A program made the position numbers and the translations under genes. Under the pieces are notes generated by a model. It worked only from the letters and a program-made list of their open reading frames with translations, ran no database searches and was not told the DNA's origin. From NCBI GenBank assembly GCA_030704615.1, contig CM060732.1:78368001-78432000 (forward strand): a DNA stretch of 64,000 nucleotides. Direction: 5' to 3'. This stretch comes from Takakia lepidozioides (lineage: Eukaryota; Plantae; Bryophyta). Below, piece by piece: positions 23,392 through 37,737 of the stretch. Position 1 is the stretch's first letter, and each line of letters starts with the position of its first letter.

Positions 23392-24353
23392 ATGGCAGCC
23401 ACAATTTCGCACATGCAAGCTACTAGTGCCCGGCTTGGAGGCCTGCAGGCTTCGCCTGTCAAGTCCAGCTTTAGCAGGCGGATGGCTGCAAGTTGTCCGA
23501 GGACCCCCCTTGCAGGTAGAGTCCGTTGCGAGGCTGGTGAGGGACCATTGGTAGGTGTGAAGAAAGCAGTCGACAATAGTACCAAGAAAGAGATTACCAG
23601 AGATGAGATCCTTACGAACCAGGAAACTAATGAATCGGAGCAGCGGTCAGTGTTTGGAGCGAAGCCCAACTCTGGGTCTTTCTATCCCCGTCCCGAAGTG
23701 GAGAGGAGGCCCGAGACAGGAAGCAAGGGGTTTTCAAGCGTGTTTGCATTTGATGGAGCCGCACCAGAAACAATCAACGGACGTTTGGTAAGTTAACATT
23801 CTACCAAGTGCCGATGTTGTACAAGTCTCGAGAGCCATTGTAGGCTTTGCAGTTGTGCGCACTTGAAACTACTAGATTGATGTAAAGCTTCAAACGGATT
23901 CACATGTCATGTCGGAAATTCCACCTCGACACCCTCCACGTCAAAGATCAGTCACAATCATCGACTAATTCTGACAGGGTCGATGCTTGCTGCATGCTGA
24001 AGTCCCTGAGTCATCAGAATTTGCATTCTGGAATTAAGACGTATTGTGCTGGCACATTGCAGGCTATGGTGGGATTTGTGTGGGCAGTGGTTGCGGAGAA
24101 GATGACTGGTTTGACAGTGTTGGAGCAGTTATTCAATCCTGGCACTACCGGACTCATCTATTTCTTGATCGCTGTGCAAGTGCTCACATATGCGTCTCTG
24201 GTGCCAATCATGAATGGGGAATCCACCGACGCCCGGAGCTTCGGTCCCTTCAACGCCAGGGCTGAGCGCTGGAATGGTCGTCTTGCCATGATCGGCTTCT
24301 TCTCCCTCATTGTTACTGAGCTATTCATTCATGCCCCAGTCTTCGGCCAGTAA
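23392..24353 (+). CDS. ELIP: Early light-induced protein (ELIP; three-helix LHC-like), chloroplast
   Basis: Exons 23392-23787 and 24063-24353 (phase 0, GT-AG). Transit peptide, FAFDGAAPETINGRLAMVGF, YASLVP, AERWNGRLAMIGF. Confidence 0.92.
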
Positions 24354-25284
24354 ATTGTGGCCAGCCGCATCCTTATACTTACCTACTTATGAGAGCTTGA
24401 CTTTGTTGGTTCTGCCTGAGAATACTTCACTGTGCAGGTCTGGGTATAGAAATGTATTGTGAAGTGACCCTAAATCTATTGACAGCTATATGAATAGCCT
24501 GCTATGTGGATTCTGATGGCCAGGGTGTAGTGGTGAGGGGGAAGGTGTAGTGGTGAGGTACCCACCATGGTGACATCCATTGTGGCAATCTGTGCCAGTA
24601 GGCAGATGATACCAAGCTTGTAATAAGTGCATAGGGAAGTTTGCAATACCCTTGTGTCTTTATCTTACATAAGTTTCCAAAGTGGCTCTTTAGTAACACT
24701 GGCTTTGGCCGGAGTCTTCTATGATTAACCAGCTAATGCATTTTTGTTAATTCGATGATGCAGAATGGGGAATACAGTATAAAAGAGGACCACAGGGGTG
24801 ACAATGGGCAAGAGGATGTGGAGGTTGCAGAAGAGGGGGGGGGGTTTGTGAGGCAGGCCAGTACATTGAAGGGGGGGGTGAAAACATTGAAAAAGTACTT
24901 GTACTGACCAATGGCTTGTACACTTTATAGCACTAGTCTCAAGGCACAGTCTCATCTCTGCCTTGTCCTCAGCCATATATCACTGACCTTTTCTGTCCTG
25001 TCCATCACCGCCAGTTCTCTGCTGGTCTAACTTATTGCCACTGGCTCTCTTATTTGATACCCGAAGAGCTAACAATCTTAGCACTACCCATATCTAAGAC
25101 TACCGACCATATATGGAAACAGTCAAGACCCAAGTATCCAGAAACAGACAAAATCAATCAGGTTTGGTATATTAGCGATGGATCAACAACTGCAGGCTTG
25201 CATTTGACGCGGTTGTTATGAACATAACCTACCAGACAAGGAAGATGGTGTATGGATGCTGGATTAAAAGTGTTGGCTTGGGTC

Positions 25285-28200
25285 CTAGTGTTGCCAAATT
25301 CCCATGGCAAAGATTATAATAGCGATGGCAATCATGGCCAGCATTCCCAAAAGGCCGAAAAACAACTGGTTCTCCATGTGCTTCTGCACTTTGATATCTC
25401 GAAATGGCACGTCTGACCATAGCTGTTGATATGAAGTACTGTCCATCACCCACCAGCCACCTCTGCACATCAGCTTGCAATTTCTACATATTTGAATCTG
25501 GTCTCAAACACACATGGCAAATATCAACAACTCAGAGACTCTCAGAACAATGCACCAGACTGGGTTGTCTCATGAGAACAGCTCCAGGTCCTAAACCATC
25601 ATACACCAGCCATCTCAACAAACAAATAGTGATGGCATGAACACATACGGTCTGAAGAATTTTGGGGCCAGTTTATGAAGAGTGGTGAGAAGCATTGTTT
25701 GCAAAATGCCTACAAAACCCCGTGGAAAGAGCTCCATAGTTGTATTCAGGTCAACAATGGCATGTGCATCTTCCAGCCGCCTTCTTGTAAACTCTGCAGC
25801 TGCTTCACTGAATGGAATTCTTCCTGGTCCTGCACAGTACAAATCCTCGTGACCCAGGCATAAATGCTTTGCTTTATGTGCACAATGGCTGATGCCTTCA
25901 TAAGGTATTTGAGTGACATTATTAGTTTAGTCATTCACAACTCAAGTATTCCTTACACGTATCCATGGTAAGGTCCTAGCTCTTCGATTGAAGTTAACAT
26001 TGCATAAGTCAGTTTTCTTGCAGTTGGAGTGTCCAACAGAACATGACCAATCTTGAAATCAAGCGGCCATGCCACCTTGTTGGTAGGTGGGTGGGTTGGA
26101 TGTTATTGCAAGAACCTTAGAATAGAGATGTACCAGAAGGAGTCACCTCCGCAAGGATTTGGTCTAGCAGATAGCAGTCTTCCAGAGCCACATTGCAGCC
26201 CGTGCCGTAGGATGGAAACTGAACATCACACAGAGTGACTCTTAGCACAACTTTCAGAGCAAACTCATACCCAACTACTTGCACTTCTCTTACTTGCGCC
26301 GACAATGCTCTGCACATAGTAGCACAGACCCCGACTTCATCACATACATAGATCACAGGACAGATCAGTACTGTATTCCAAGATTGATTCAGTTTCCAGA
26401 TCATTAGCCTGCTGGCTTTGCAAATTCCTACTTCTGTAAACTGCACAACGTCCTAGGACCTTGGCAATTCATACTTTCAATAGAGGATGAGAGCTCTTGC
26501 TGAGTACGCAAATTTGCAAAGAGAGTCATAAAACATAACATGGGTGCCAGATCCTTGTGTACACAATCGTCGACACTTGGCCCTGCTTGCTGTCCTTTCA
26601 GTTTCCCACCCTTAGGCTTTAAGACTGTAAATCATGTTGGCTGGCATCCCAACATTACTCCTGATCCCCCTTACATACAAAAAGCCAAATAATTTGTTTG
26701 ACAACGTGTGAGGTGGTGGTAAAAGATGGATGTGAGTGTACCATGGCATGGGCAGCATCACCAATAAGAAGAATATTGCCATGATGGAACCGAGAAAGAG
26801 TCAGTGCCCCACCAAATGAGATTGCAGGTTGCTTCAGAAAGTCCTTGGTGAAATCAGGATTTTCTTTTTGCAGCAAATCCAACACCTCTGGTGCATGCTG
26901 CCTATAGGCCCTCCATTTGGTTAGAGGCTATAAACCCATCTTTTCCAGCATTTTTAGAGTCCCACCAAAACACTATGGAGATCACAAACAGAACCAGATA
27001 CAAAAGACCTGACAGCCCTTGCTGGCAACCCCAGTTTTCTCATGTCTGTAGGGCAGTTGGGACTCCCACAGTCCTGATAAGGTCCTCTCTGTGCTTCCTT
27101 TTCTCACACACACAAATGCACATTCCATTGGTATTATTCTCCAGTTGTATGGTAGAGCCCACACATGTTTCATGCCTAAGTATCAGAGAAGGACAATGGA
27201 AAGAAGGAAAGCTTCAGACCTGAACATTGTTTCGACCTCTTCAGGAGTGGAAGCCTTCAACATATCCACATTCTTTGTGCCTCCCCAAAAGCTGCCATCG
27301 GCCATCCCTACCAGTAGCATATTAAGAGCTGGCCAACTCTGCACCAAAGCATGAATATGCACACAACAAACACACTCCTGATATCACACACATGTATTGA
27401 TGCATGCAGCTTTATATTTAAGGATTTTTAGTGATACTTTGTGGAACATAGAACAACACAAAACCCAAACAGACTCCCTCCTGAGTCTGCATCGCACTAC
27501 CACCCATTTCTGCCTGTGGCATTGACAGCTACTGTATAGAATTGTCACTTATGTAGCGTCTGGACAGAGCAATGCAGGCTATACCTGGACGCGGTTGTGA
27601 TCAACCAATAGTGGTGACTCTTTTGCCAACGATGAACGAACATGGAAGGACTTATAAGAGTCAGGATTGCGTATGAATTTCATCGTGAGAGGCTGTTGAG
27701 TCCTGAAACATGTCACATATGTATCTTAAACTACAGTTGAAGTAACTTAAGGATAAATAAACATATATGGAACACCCATTGAACCTTCACATCATTCTTG
27801 TTACAAATTGTTATGCAAAACTCAAGCACCCACATATCAGCTGACCCAACACCTAGATGAGAGGGTATGATCACCATATTGAGCACAATGACTACAAGTG
27901 CTAGCATTTTGAGGGACGACAATTGGCAGACTTCCCTTGAAGTTTGAGCTTCATTTTATCTTTCTCCTTGCAGTAGCATGCAAAGGGCTTCCATCCGAGA
28001 GATTGCCAAGTTCTACAGCAGGCGCATGCACCACCAACAAATGGTGAAACACAGTGCTCAATTCTTTGCTGAGAAAAGGGGAGTAGGTCGTTACTCAGAG
28101 GCTCTGCTGCGTAAGTTGTCCAAGCGAAATAGCTCTGACCGCACTTCACTATTCACGCCATCAGCGCCCACTAGCAGATCATACTTCATCTCCAAAATCT

Positions 28201-30670
28201 GCTGCTTGTCTGCATACAGAATTCCTGAAGTCAAATGTTTATCTACAGCCACCTCTTACTGTGACTTTCCGTATTTATCCATGTCCAAGGCTGAAATGGG
28301 TGAAAGTTCCATATTGCGAGTTTTTAAGGCACATACAGAGGCCACAGCCACTTCCTATCCATGGGCCTGCCTTTGCCAACTAGAGGTGCAGTCTCCAGAA
28401 CAGAAGAACCAATTTGTTAGTCTGAGACTCGCGAGAAACATCCTCCCTGATCTTCAGACATGTGCCTGTCAATTACATATAAGAGTTTGCACACCATGCC
28501 AACACAATAAAGAATTTTTGGTACAAATGTGTGAAGGAGAGAAAGGCTACTATACCATGCATGCCAGAATTTGAAGTGGGCCGGAAAGATGCTATATTTT
28601 TCTTGTCATCGACAGCTACTAACTCCCATTCAAAATAAACCTTCAAATTGTCGGGGTATCTGAGGCAAGAGTTACCAAATTAGTGAAGCTTGAATATCAC
28701 CAAGCCAGATCTCACTCTGCCTACAGTACCCACTAGCAGATTGTGATGTGTTTTTCCATTGTATGAGGAAAGCGTCTCCTGATGGGGTGACGAGCCCAGA
28801 TAGTCTCATGATAGACAGTGCAAGGATAGATCATATTTTATGTGTGCCTGTACGGATCTGTATCTTCTCTATTACTGGCATAGCTTTCAGGTTCGCCCAG
28901 ACTTGAACTGTAACAGATTCTAGACAGCAGGACACAAACATGCATTTCACACCTCCCTGTCACTACTAGTTGCATTTAGTTGCTGCCAGTGAACCATAAT
29001 CCTTGCCTGTGAAACCCTCGACAACCCGAAGAATGGGGCTTATATACTTTTGGGGAGCTTCCATTGCCTTAAACCGACCCTGCAAGACATGATTTGGGTT
29101 ATGCAGAAAATTCCGAGATAACATCCAAATTACCTGTCAAAAAGGGATTGCTGCAGATATGCTACAATCCCAGTGCGGCTTATTCCATAACTTTGTAAAC
29201 CAGGATCATTTGAGTAATTTAACAGCCTCTGCAGCACACTGACGGATGATCAAAAGAAAGAGGTTGAAGCATAGGAACAGAATATATGACTCCAAAGCAT
29301 CTTCACCTTGTGACAGAAGAAACCAAATTTGACAATAATGATTGGAAACTCAAGTGAGAGAATCTGTAGCTTGTACTAATACAATAACATGAGCTGGTTT
29401 CCTCTCAATTAAGCTCTGCTACCACAGATGCTCCAAATTGAACAGCAATTACTTAAGTTGTCGCATTGATCTCTATGCCAAGGTTACAGGCAATGGGAAA
29501 CTCAATTGGATTGAGAAGAGACCCAACAGACCCAACATATTCAAGGACCAGGTATCCACAGTTCAAACCACTAGTTGATTGCTGAGCCTAGCCATTGCCT
29601 GAAAAATGCAGAACTTGAGAGATTGTAAGCAATTCGCCTTAAAAATTTAGGGGATTCTAGTGAGCACACCTTTTTCCCACTGGGAAGGTGGATGCAGCTG
29701 CCCACCAACAGCCTAAGAAGCTTCGGTGGCAACTGCAATCCTGCTCCTTCTAGAGCCTTGACAGCTCGGGATGTAAGCAAAATGGTATAGGAGCGTGAAT
29801 CACCCCGTACATATACTTGTTCTTCAGTCCCCTCTTCTGCTCACCCAGCCCTGGTAACAGTTGGGCAATGGAGACTACCCATAGCGAATTCATTCTTCGC
29901 GTAAGAGCAGTCTAGCAGCACAAAATACACGATCGGTTATCCTATACATAGTACCTGTCTGCAGCAGCTTTCTAACATTCCAACAGAGAAGGTTTTGAAC
30001 CCAAATTTGGCGCACAAGAGAAAGAAGCCTGTACCAAGATGCATGACAGGAGCCGAGGGGCGTTTCTCGAAGACACGCACAGAGAAGCCTCTCTTCAGGA
30101 GGTAGTGTGCGACAAGCCAGCCTGCAGGCCCCGCACCTACTACCACAACCTCCTCTCGCGAAGGCTGTCCAGACAAACTCCAATCAGAAACCCTTCGACC
30201 AAAACCTCAGCCACAAAGAAAATGAAATAAAAGCGCTTGAGCTCGACGGTCATGTCGTGTCCAATGCAATGGATGCAACCACAGTTTCTCCAATTTGAAG
30301 GATAAATGCAATGTCATAAACCTGAGCGCGAGCACATCATCCTACTACAACGCTCAACTACATCAACAACTTGGGACGAAGAAAGTGAAGGATATCCAAG
30401 ACTTCTTGAGGGAGAATCGTCAGCTGATTCCTGGATACGAACCGAAGAGGGTGCGACAGCCATGGCAACGTGTCTGTGATGACGACGGTAATTGGAAAGG
30501 GACAGACAAGGGCGCCTCCATGCAAGACTGCGGCAGGCTGGAAGCGGGAAAGAACCCACCCATGGACTATGCAACACAGCAATCGCAGGCAGGGAGGGTC
30601 GCCCCGAAAGCTGCAGATGCAGCAGCATCGAAGCTGACTCTGGTGACATTACGTTTCTATGGGCTTGCAT
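25285..30670 (-). CDS. FAD-dependent monooxygenase, kynurenine 3-monooxygenase-like, with predicted plastid transit peptide and C-terminal membrane anchor
   Basis: Multi-exon. Motifs VVVVGAGPAG..FEKR, RSYTILLTSRAVKAL, YDLLVGADGVNSEVR, LLIGDAAHAMVPSYGTGCNVALED, AAAEFTRRRLEDAHAIVDL. The last exon ends in a hydrophobic stretch (stop 25285). The first exon and start are inferred. Confidence 0.82.
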
Positions 30671-30974
30671 GAGACTGCGAAGTACTCAAGCAATCTAGGC
30701 ATTCAAATGCGCAGCTCAGAGATTGCCACGCACTCCCTGGGTCTACGAGCTGTGTATTACAGTTTACTTAATTAGGACAGGCTAATCTGCACCTAATTAC
30801 GGGAGATGGGCGCGCTTTTCCTGAACTCACGGAGCCTGGATTTGCATTGTGCAAATTGCTTCTCCGTGGATCCTCGAGGATTTATCTTCACCCAAATACT
30901 TATCAAGCGCACGGATTTGTAGGACCAATCTAGGTGCCACAGTACCGTATAATATCACAGGGAAGGCGACCATC

Positions 30975-33900
30975 ATGGATTCTGGGGCCATGTCTGCTCA
31001 CTATCTCCTGCAACTTCCGGCTCAGGTTGGTCTCCAATTCTTTGTGAAGAGGGAGAGAGAGAGAGAGACGGGGGTAGAGGGAGAAATTGCGTTGTAGAAT
31101 TGTGAATGCCAGCGTGTCTGTCCCATATGTAGTGCCAAAATCTCCGTGCTGCAAAAAAGGGGACCGATTTACACTCGTAAGGAACACCAGTGGTAGCTTT
31201 TTTTTGCTGTTTGCCTCGGGCGACTCAGTTTGAGTTTTCTATTTGCTAGTGGATGTAATGAGCTAGTGCTCTGGTTCTGGAGCGGCCAAGCTGAAATGGG
31301 AAGACACCGTTTCTTGCAAAGCTTGAATATTGTCACGCTCCACTCTTCGTGCACTGAGAGTGTGTAAGATGATGAGTCGTGGAGAAGAATCTTGATCAAA
31401 TCAAAAAGTGCAACACAATTTCCGTCTTTAAAAGGCAGGTCTTGTGTTTCTCTTAAGTCCCTTAAGCTGATAGATCAACAGTTATCTCCTTCCAGTAAAA
31501 TCAACTTAAGCAAGCCCATCCTCTCGGCAAGTCCATTGGCACTGTGGCGGCAATGTGTATCAGTTTAACAAGATTTTGTGGCAGTTGCACTCTAATTCGA
31601 AATGCACAGTACTGGCTCATACCACCAAAGGGTAGAAATGTTCTCATCGGAGCAGCTGGCCCAGTTTAAAACCCTTTCATTGCTCCTAAGTAAAGTTCTC
31701 TCCAAGAATTAAGGATGAGGTGCATAGGCTCTCAGGGTCTGTCTCCACAACCCTACGTGAGAAGGTGGCCTGTCACACTCTATTTGTATGTAATGGCAGA
31801 GCTATCCACTCTGTCGGGAAACTGAGTGGAAGGCATGACCAGCTAAGAGGGAATACCATTGGAATGAATGTCCGTGTCACTGGCAAACGTGGGTTTCCAC
31901 AGTTGCAGGTGTGCAGGTCCAATTATTTCGGGTCTGACATCAACCACACCAATAGCGCATTCTTCAGATCATCTTTCACAGGATGGACCCTGCGGAATAG
32001 ACATTGCCACCAGAGTCCTGCTGTAAGGAGAAGTGGGATGGGGACTATCGCTGATGGAAGCAAGCCAGGATTTGGACCCAGACCTGTGAAAAAGTCTAAG
32101 GTTTGACAGGCCCCTGTAGAGTTAGCTACATCTGGCGGGAAGTGCACTGCTCATTCCAGAATGCTGAAGAAGCTTTTGAAACTGAACATGAAAATAGGCC
32201 ATCGCTGATTTAGCATGGGGGGCGACTGGGCCCACCAGTCAGGCACAGCCATTTGCCCTGAAAGTCTGAACATAGTCGTCAGAAGACTCTAATCCACTTA
32301 AGAGGAGTGGCCAGTCCAGACTGTGGTAGTCAGACCAAGATTATTTCCGTTTGGTTGATGACTACATTGATTTTTGGCTTGGTGTGAAATAAATGTGCCC
32401 ACTGTGCCAATGTCCTAACTCTTACCGGGATTCATCTGAACACCCTGATGATAGGGGAATTTGAGTGGTGAGTTCAATGTAGTTTTTCACAGGATGGTTT
32501 AGAAGTTTTGAATGTCAAATGGTGGGAGCTGGTGCAGAAAACAGAGGAAACACAGCGACCCAAGCAAGACCTGGATCCTATAATTCAAGCCCAGTGGGGA
32601 CTCTTTTCCCAGTTTGTTTATACTAAAGAAAATTCTTACTTATAGGCAAACGTTAAACTCTAGTCCTTAACCAACAGGAAATGTGGCTTAGAGTTGGAAT
32701 ATTGTTGCATCTATTCATGCCCTTTATTTCACTCTCTTTGACTTGCTTGTGTATCTGTCACTTCACTTCCGCACTTTCACATTTTTACGTGAACTTATTT
32801 CTGTCTCTACAGGCAGATTCTTGCAGCAAAGCAACAAAGCAAAGAGGATTCATTATCTACTGGTAGTGTATTGGTTTTTACTCTTGCTGACATCATATTG
32901 AGGGAATCTTTGCTATATTGATAGTTTGATAGCAGTGTTCTAGGTGCTGGGCAACCCTCAATGTGTCGTGTGTGATATTTTGACTGGCTGCCTTGCAAAT
33001 TGAGGATCTTTTCCCTTCCAAGCAAAGCCATTGTCGTGACAGGACCTTTGAGACATCTTGTTGCATGCATCTGCATTTGAGCAACTGTGAATCTTTGTGT
33101 AGCAGTAGCTGAGGAGGCACCGACCTTGGTTTTAGAGTCATCTGTGGAGGACGGAGTGGACATAGGAGATGAGAAGCTCTTTGAACAGCGCCTTGAGGCA
33201 ATTAGGAGGTATTCTTGCTTTGACTTATTTGTCATTGTTTTGCTTTTCTCGTCTTGAAATTGCCCATTGTTTTCTCAGTCTCTGTACCTCTCCCCCCTCC
33301 TTTTTGCCTTTCCTTTTCTCTTTCCTCATTTCCTGACCTCTCCAATTCTCACACATCTTTGTATGGGTTGGGAATGTTTTAAAGAGGGTGGGGCCTTGGT
33401 TTTGCAGAGTCTAAATGGAAAGCAGGATATTTTATTTTGTCTGGCATTTGACATGTGATATTAGATCCATGCAGATCTGCTAGGGAGCAGCAAATGGTGA
33501 AGGAACAGAAGAAGTATGGACCCATCGATTATGATGCTCCTCCTCCCATTGCTGAACAGTCCAGTTGGACTAATAATCTCACCACTAGAGTATGTTGTTT
33601 TGTGTCCTTTCCGTGAAGCCTAAGATGTGGAGTTTCTATATTCGCCGAAACAGATGAGATACAGATTTAGTTGTATCCTAGTGGTAAGGTTTGTTGCATA
33701 AATTGAGTGGCAACTGTGTAAAAGAGTGGGCTTGGTAGTCGGCAAGTTGCAAACTGATCAACAGCAGTTCATATAAATGATAACAAGGATTGTAAACTCA
33801 CACATGTTGGTGACATGATGAATGCTCAATACGCATTCTGAAGTCCAAATCAGGTTGCAGAAATGAAACCTTGTTGGGGGATGAGAAAATAAATTCTTCA

Positions 33901-36900
33901 GTCATTTCTCTCAATCATAGCTGAAATATTAAGCTTGCCTTTGAAGCAGATCGGGGTGGGAGTGGCTGTCTTGGTACTTGGAGCTGTGTTTACGCTTGGG
34001 GATATTTTACCTTCTGGCAGGTAGTGGCCTTTCTTCTTTTGAATACCACCCACCTGTCTTCTTAATCTCTTATATCATGTATTAGGGGGAATGTGTGGGT
34101 GGGTTCAACCTTTGTACTAATTACACTTCAGTAGGAAATCAAGAGATAAGACTTTGATGTAACAGAGTATCAACCAAAAATCTATAAGAGAGCATGGACA
34201 GCACATCAAGGTGAATACTCATCTGGTGCTTTTGTCATTGCAGTTCGTCTATCAATAACCTTCCTTAACATGTGATGTTGTGGAATTTGTGACAGCTAAT
34301 GGCTAATTCTATTCCTACCACTGGGGTGTTGTGTCTCCTGGTTGCAGTCCCAATGGGGAGGCGGACAAGCAGCTTGAGCAGAAGCAGCTGCCACCTGAAG
34401 TAGCCTCCAAACTGAAGGTGTCATTTTTCTGCTATGATTTTTGATTGCAGAGAGTTTTATAAGGTCCATGACCACCTTAAGTGTGTCTGCTTTTAGCTTC
34501 AACATCACGGCTTGTGGCTGGTTGCTAGCAGAAGCAGCCAATGCAAGTCATTGTCTCTCCAATAGATAGTAAAATGCTAAGGTACTTTCTGGCACAAAGG
34601 ATACAAAGGATACTGCTCTGAAATGACTCCAAAATTCACAGAACTCTATGCCTTTCTATATCCTTACATTGTTACCTCTGATATCTGCAGGCACAAGTAC
34701 AGGAGTTCGAAGAATTATTGAAGTCAAGCCCTGAGGATCGGGCTGCCCTTGAGGTAAGCTCCTAATGGCCGAGAATTGTTCTCTCCACTCAAGGACTTGT
34801 GATCCTTGTGTACACCTCGGCACCAATGAGTCATATTGAGTTAGGAAAGGACTTCTCATACTTCTGCAGACAGAATTTTTGATGTAGTTCCTGGAGATGA
34901 TAAAGATAATGACTTTCGAGGTGGGTGATGTCATCTAATGTGTGCAGGGTGCTGGTGTCACATATGCAGAGCTAGGAGAGTTCAAGAAAGCTGCCACCTA
35001 CCTAGTGAAGCTAACTCAGGTTGCTGCTGAGTTCTTGATTATTACTGTCACTGATTAGTGAAAGAAAGAATGAGGCATATAGTGTGCTATTGTTCTTGCC
35101 TATGATGCAGTCAGGCCACATCTATTTTGGGCCATCATGGGGAACAGTGTAAGATTACCGAGGCAAATGTGCAGTGCTTATGAATGATAGCCAGTCCACA
35201 TCTATAAATGCCAGTTCCTGGGAAAAATGTCACTGGAGGTGAATTAGTGTCTTGGTGGGCTTCTACTATGTAGTTGACAGTCTTCAGGGTGCTGCTCACC
35301 TTTCTGCCTGTTTTGCTGAGCAGAAGGAATCAAACAATGTCGAGGCACTGCGTTTACTGGGGGAAGTGCAGTATGAAACAGGCGAGTATGAATCTAGTGC
35401 TGCTGCCTATCGCAACGCAATAAGGGTTGGCTTTCTTCCTCCTTGATGCCAGATTTATCTCTAATTTTATCATAATTTTTGGAGTTGAGGAAGCTATAGG
35501 ATGGAATGAGGATGGAGAGCATGTACTACTTGTCAGCTTGAAGGTTGTATGACAGGAAGTTCTCTTTGGACAAAGTTTTATAAAAGTCAAGATTACGGCA
35601 CACCTCTAATCATTCTAGGTTATTTCTGAGTAAATGTACTTTGTTATGCACCATTGGAAAGATCAGAGCAGACCACATAGATGGTTCGGAGATGAATACC
35701 TCCGAAAGACCTCACGATGACATCATGTTGGCAACTTGGAGTTGAGATTTCAATTTACTGGAAGTTTGCATCTGTACACTGGTGTAGGAGACATGTTGTC
35801 GTGCATAATCTCAACCCTCATTGACTGCAAGCCCCTGCGACTGGCCATCAGGATGTCACCTTGCAGACAAAGAGGTTGTGAGCATCAACTGTGCACATAT
35901 TTATCTGTAGATGACTACGGTATGCAGAGGCAAACATGTTTCAGGATCTGGGGGATGGGATGGGAGACCTTTTGTGAAGTTTAATTGTAGCTGCATGCTT
36001 TTGAGGGAGAGGTTGCATAATCCCACCAATGGATTTAGTTGTGAGCTACCTGTGCTCCTGGTTCTGGAGTTCCTGTATAGGCATTCGCTTGTTTAGTGCA
36101 TATGCTTGCCTGTCCATGCAACAATAATGCCTAATCTTTGTGACTTTCGAAACGCACTCTGGCAAGCCATCTGATTGCTCAGATGGCAGAGCGCACCCAT
36201 CTATACAGAACTAATGGCTCTAAGTGGTTTGTCATTACTTGTATATGTGTTTGCATTTCAGGTTTTCCCAAAAGAGTCTGTGACACTACTGCAAGGATTA
36301 ACCAGTGCTCTTCTTGCCAACAGCAAGCCAAGCGAGGTACTACTTTCAGGCCTACTTGGGTGTTGGACACTAGGTGGTTTTGGCAGATACTACTTCTGAT
36401 GAGCTACAACCAATCGAAAACTTGCAGTTGTGGTCCAAAATGCTCAAACAATGAAGCTGGGTTTGGACCTGATAGTTGATGAGAAAGGATCCAACCACTC
36501 AGGAATAAAGACGAAACATGCCAGCCCCAGAGAACCAGGCTACTGTAGAGGACTAGTAGTGGGTAAGTTGGGATCTTTTCAATCCTTGAATTTTTATGTC
36601 TTCAACACTGATGAGACCTGTGATGCCATCAGATGGCATAGTGCTGAGATGCTAAGTGCTGACTGTGCAATTTCAATCTTTGCTTACTAAGGGAGGTAGC
36701 AGCACTGAAAAAATGGTGAGTCAATAGCATAACATGAATCTGTACTTGAATTTTTGTGATCATTAGGCTGTTGGGGAGCTTCTTGCGGCAAGAGCCAGAA
36801 TCAACTCAAGCAATCAAACAAATGCATCTGTCCTGAGGCGCATGAATGTGGAAGACAATGTGGGAGCAAGCCCTGGCGCAATGCAGAAGGAAGACCTCAT

Positions 36901-37737
36901 CGATCCTGTACAAGTAATCCTTTCCCAGAATGTCCTTTTTCTACCACAGATTGTCTGCTTGACACATACTGTATGAGTAGGCACATTGCCCGGACCTCTG
37001 ATATTCTACACAATGATAGTTGTAGGTGTGTACACTTAACCTGCAAAAATATTCAGGTGGGCTGTGGGTCAGGGTGGTAGACTATATGTCTGTGTACGGA
37101 AACTGTGAAACATACATGTCAGAGGGAAGAGCAGGGAGTGAAGAAGAGAGAAAGGGGGAAGAGACAAAAAGAAAAATAGAAAGATGTGGATGCAGGGGGA
37201 ATTGTTGTTGGGGAAGTCATACTATGCGTGGGGAGGCCATTCAGGCGATGCAATTGCTGTTTATGATGCACTGATAGCCAGTCACCCAGAGGATTTCCGC
37301 GGGTATTTGGCCAAGGTATGCATTCACCATTGAGCTGCTGAGTAGTAATTCTTCTGGGCATTTGGAAGAGCTTCAATCATTTGGGCTTTCTTGACTGAAT
37401 CTTGCCATGCCTGGACAGGGGATTCTGCTTAAGGAGCAAGGGAGAGCAAGTGATGCCGAACGCATGTTCATTCAGGCAAGTTGCCTCACTGTTAGCAACC
37501 CTTGATTTATAAGTTTGAGGGGAGGGGCATCAGCTTTACTCATTACTACAACCCATTCAATCATTGCAAATACGGTTGAGGTGACAGTCAGTTGTCTAGG
37601 AAATGGCATCTGCGTACTTTGCAATTTGATTACGTTTGGATTCTCAGGACTATCATTCTCACCTGATGTTGTTACAGGCACGCTATGTGGCACCCACCAA
37701 GTTAAAGTCGCTGGTGGACCGGTACTCAGGCAGATGA
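30975..37737 (+). CDS. Thylakoid TPR protein of the At1g78915 (TTP1/Pitt-like) family
   Basis: Spliced exons give FEQRLEAIRRSA..YGPIDYDAP, TM segment IGVGVAVLVLGAVFTLGDILPSG, SPEDRAALEGAGVTYAELG, LRLLGEVQYE, IDPVQ, LLLGKSY..DAIAVYD.LI.SHPEDFRGYLAKGILLKEQGRASDAERMFIQARYVAP..LVDRYSGR*. The 5' exons are tentative. Confidence 0.85.
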
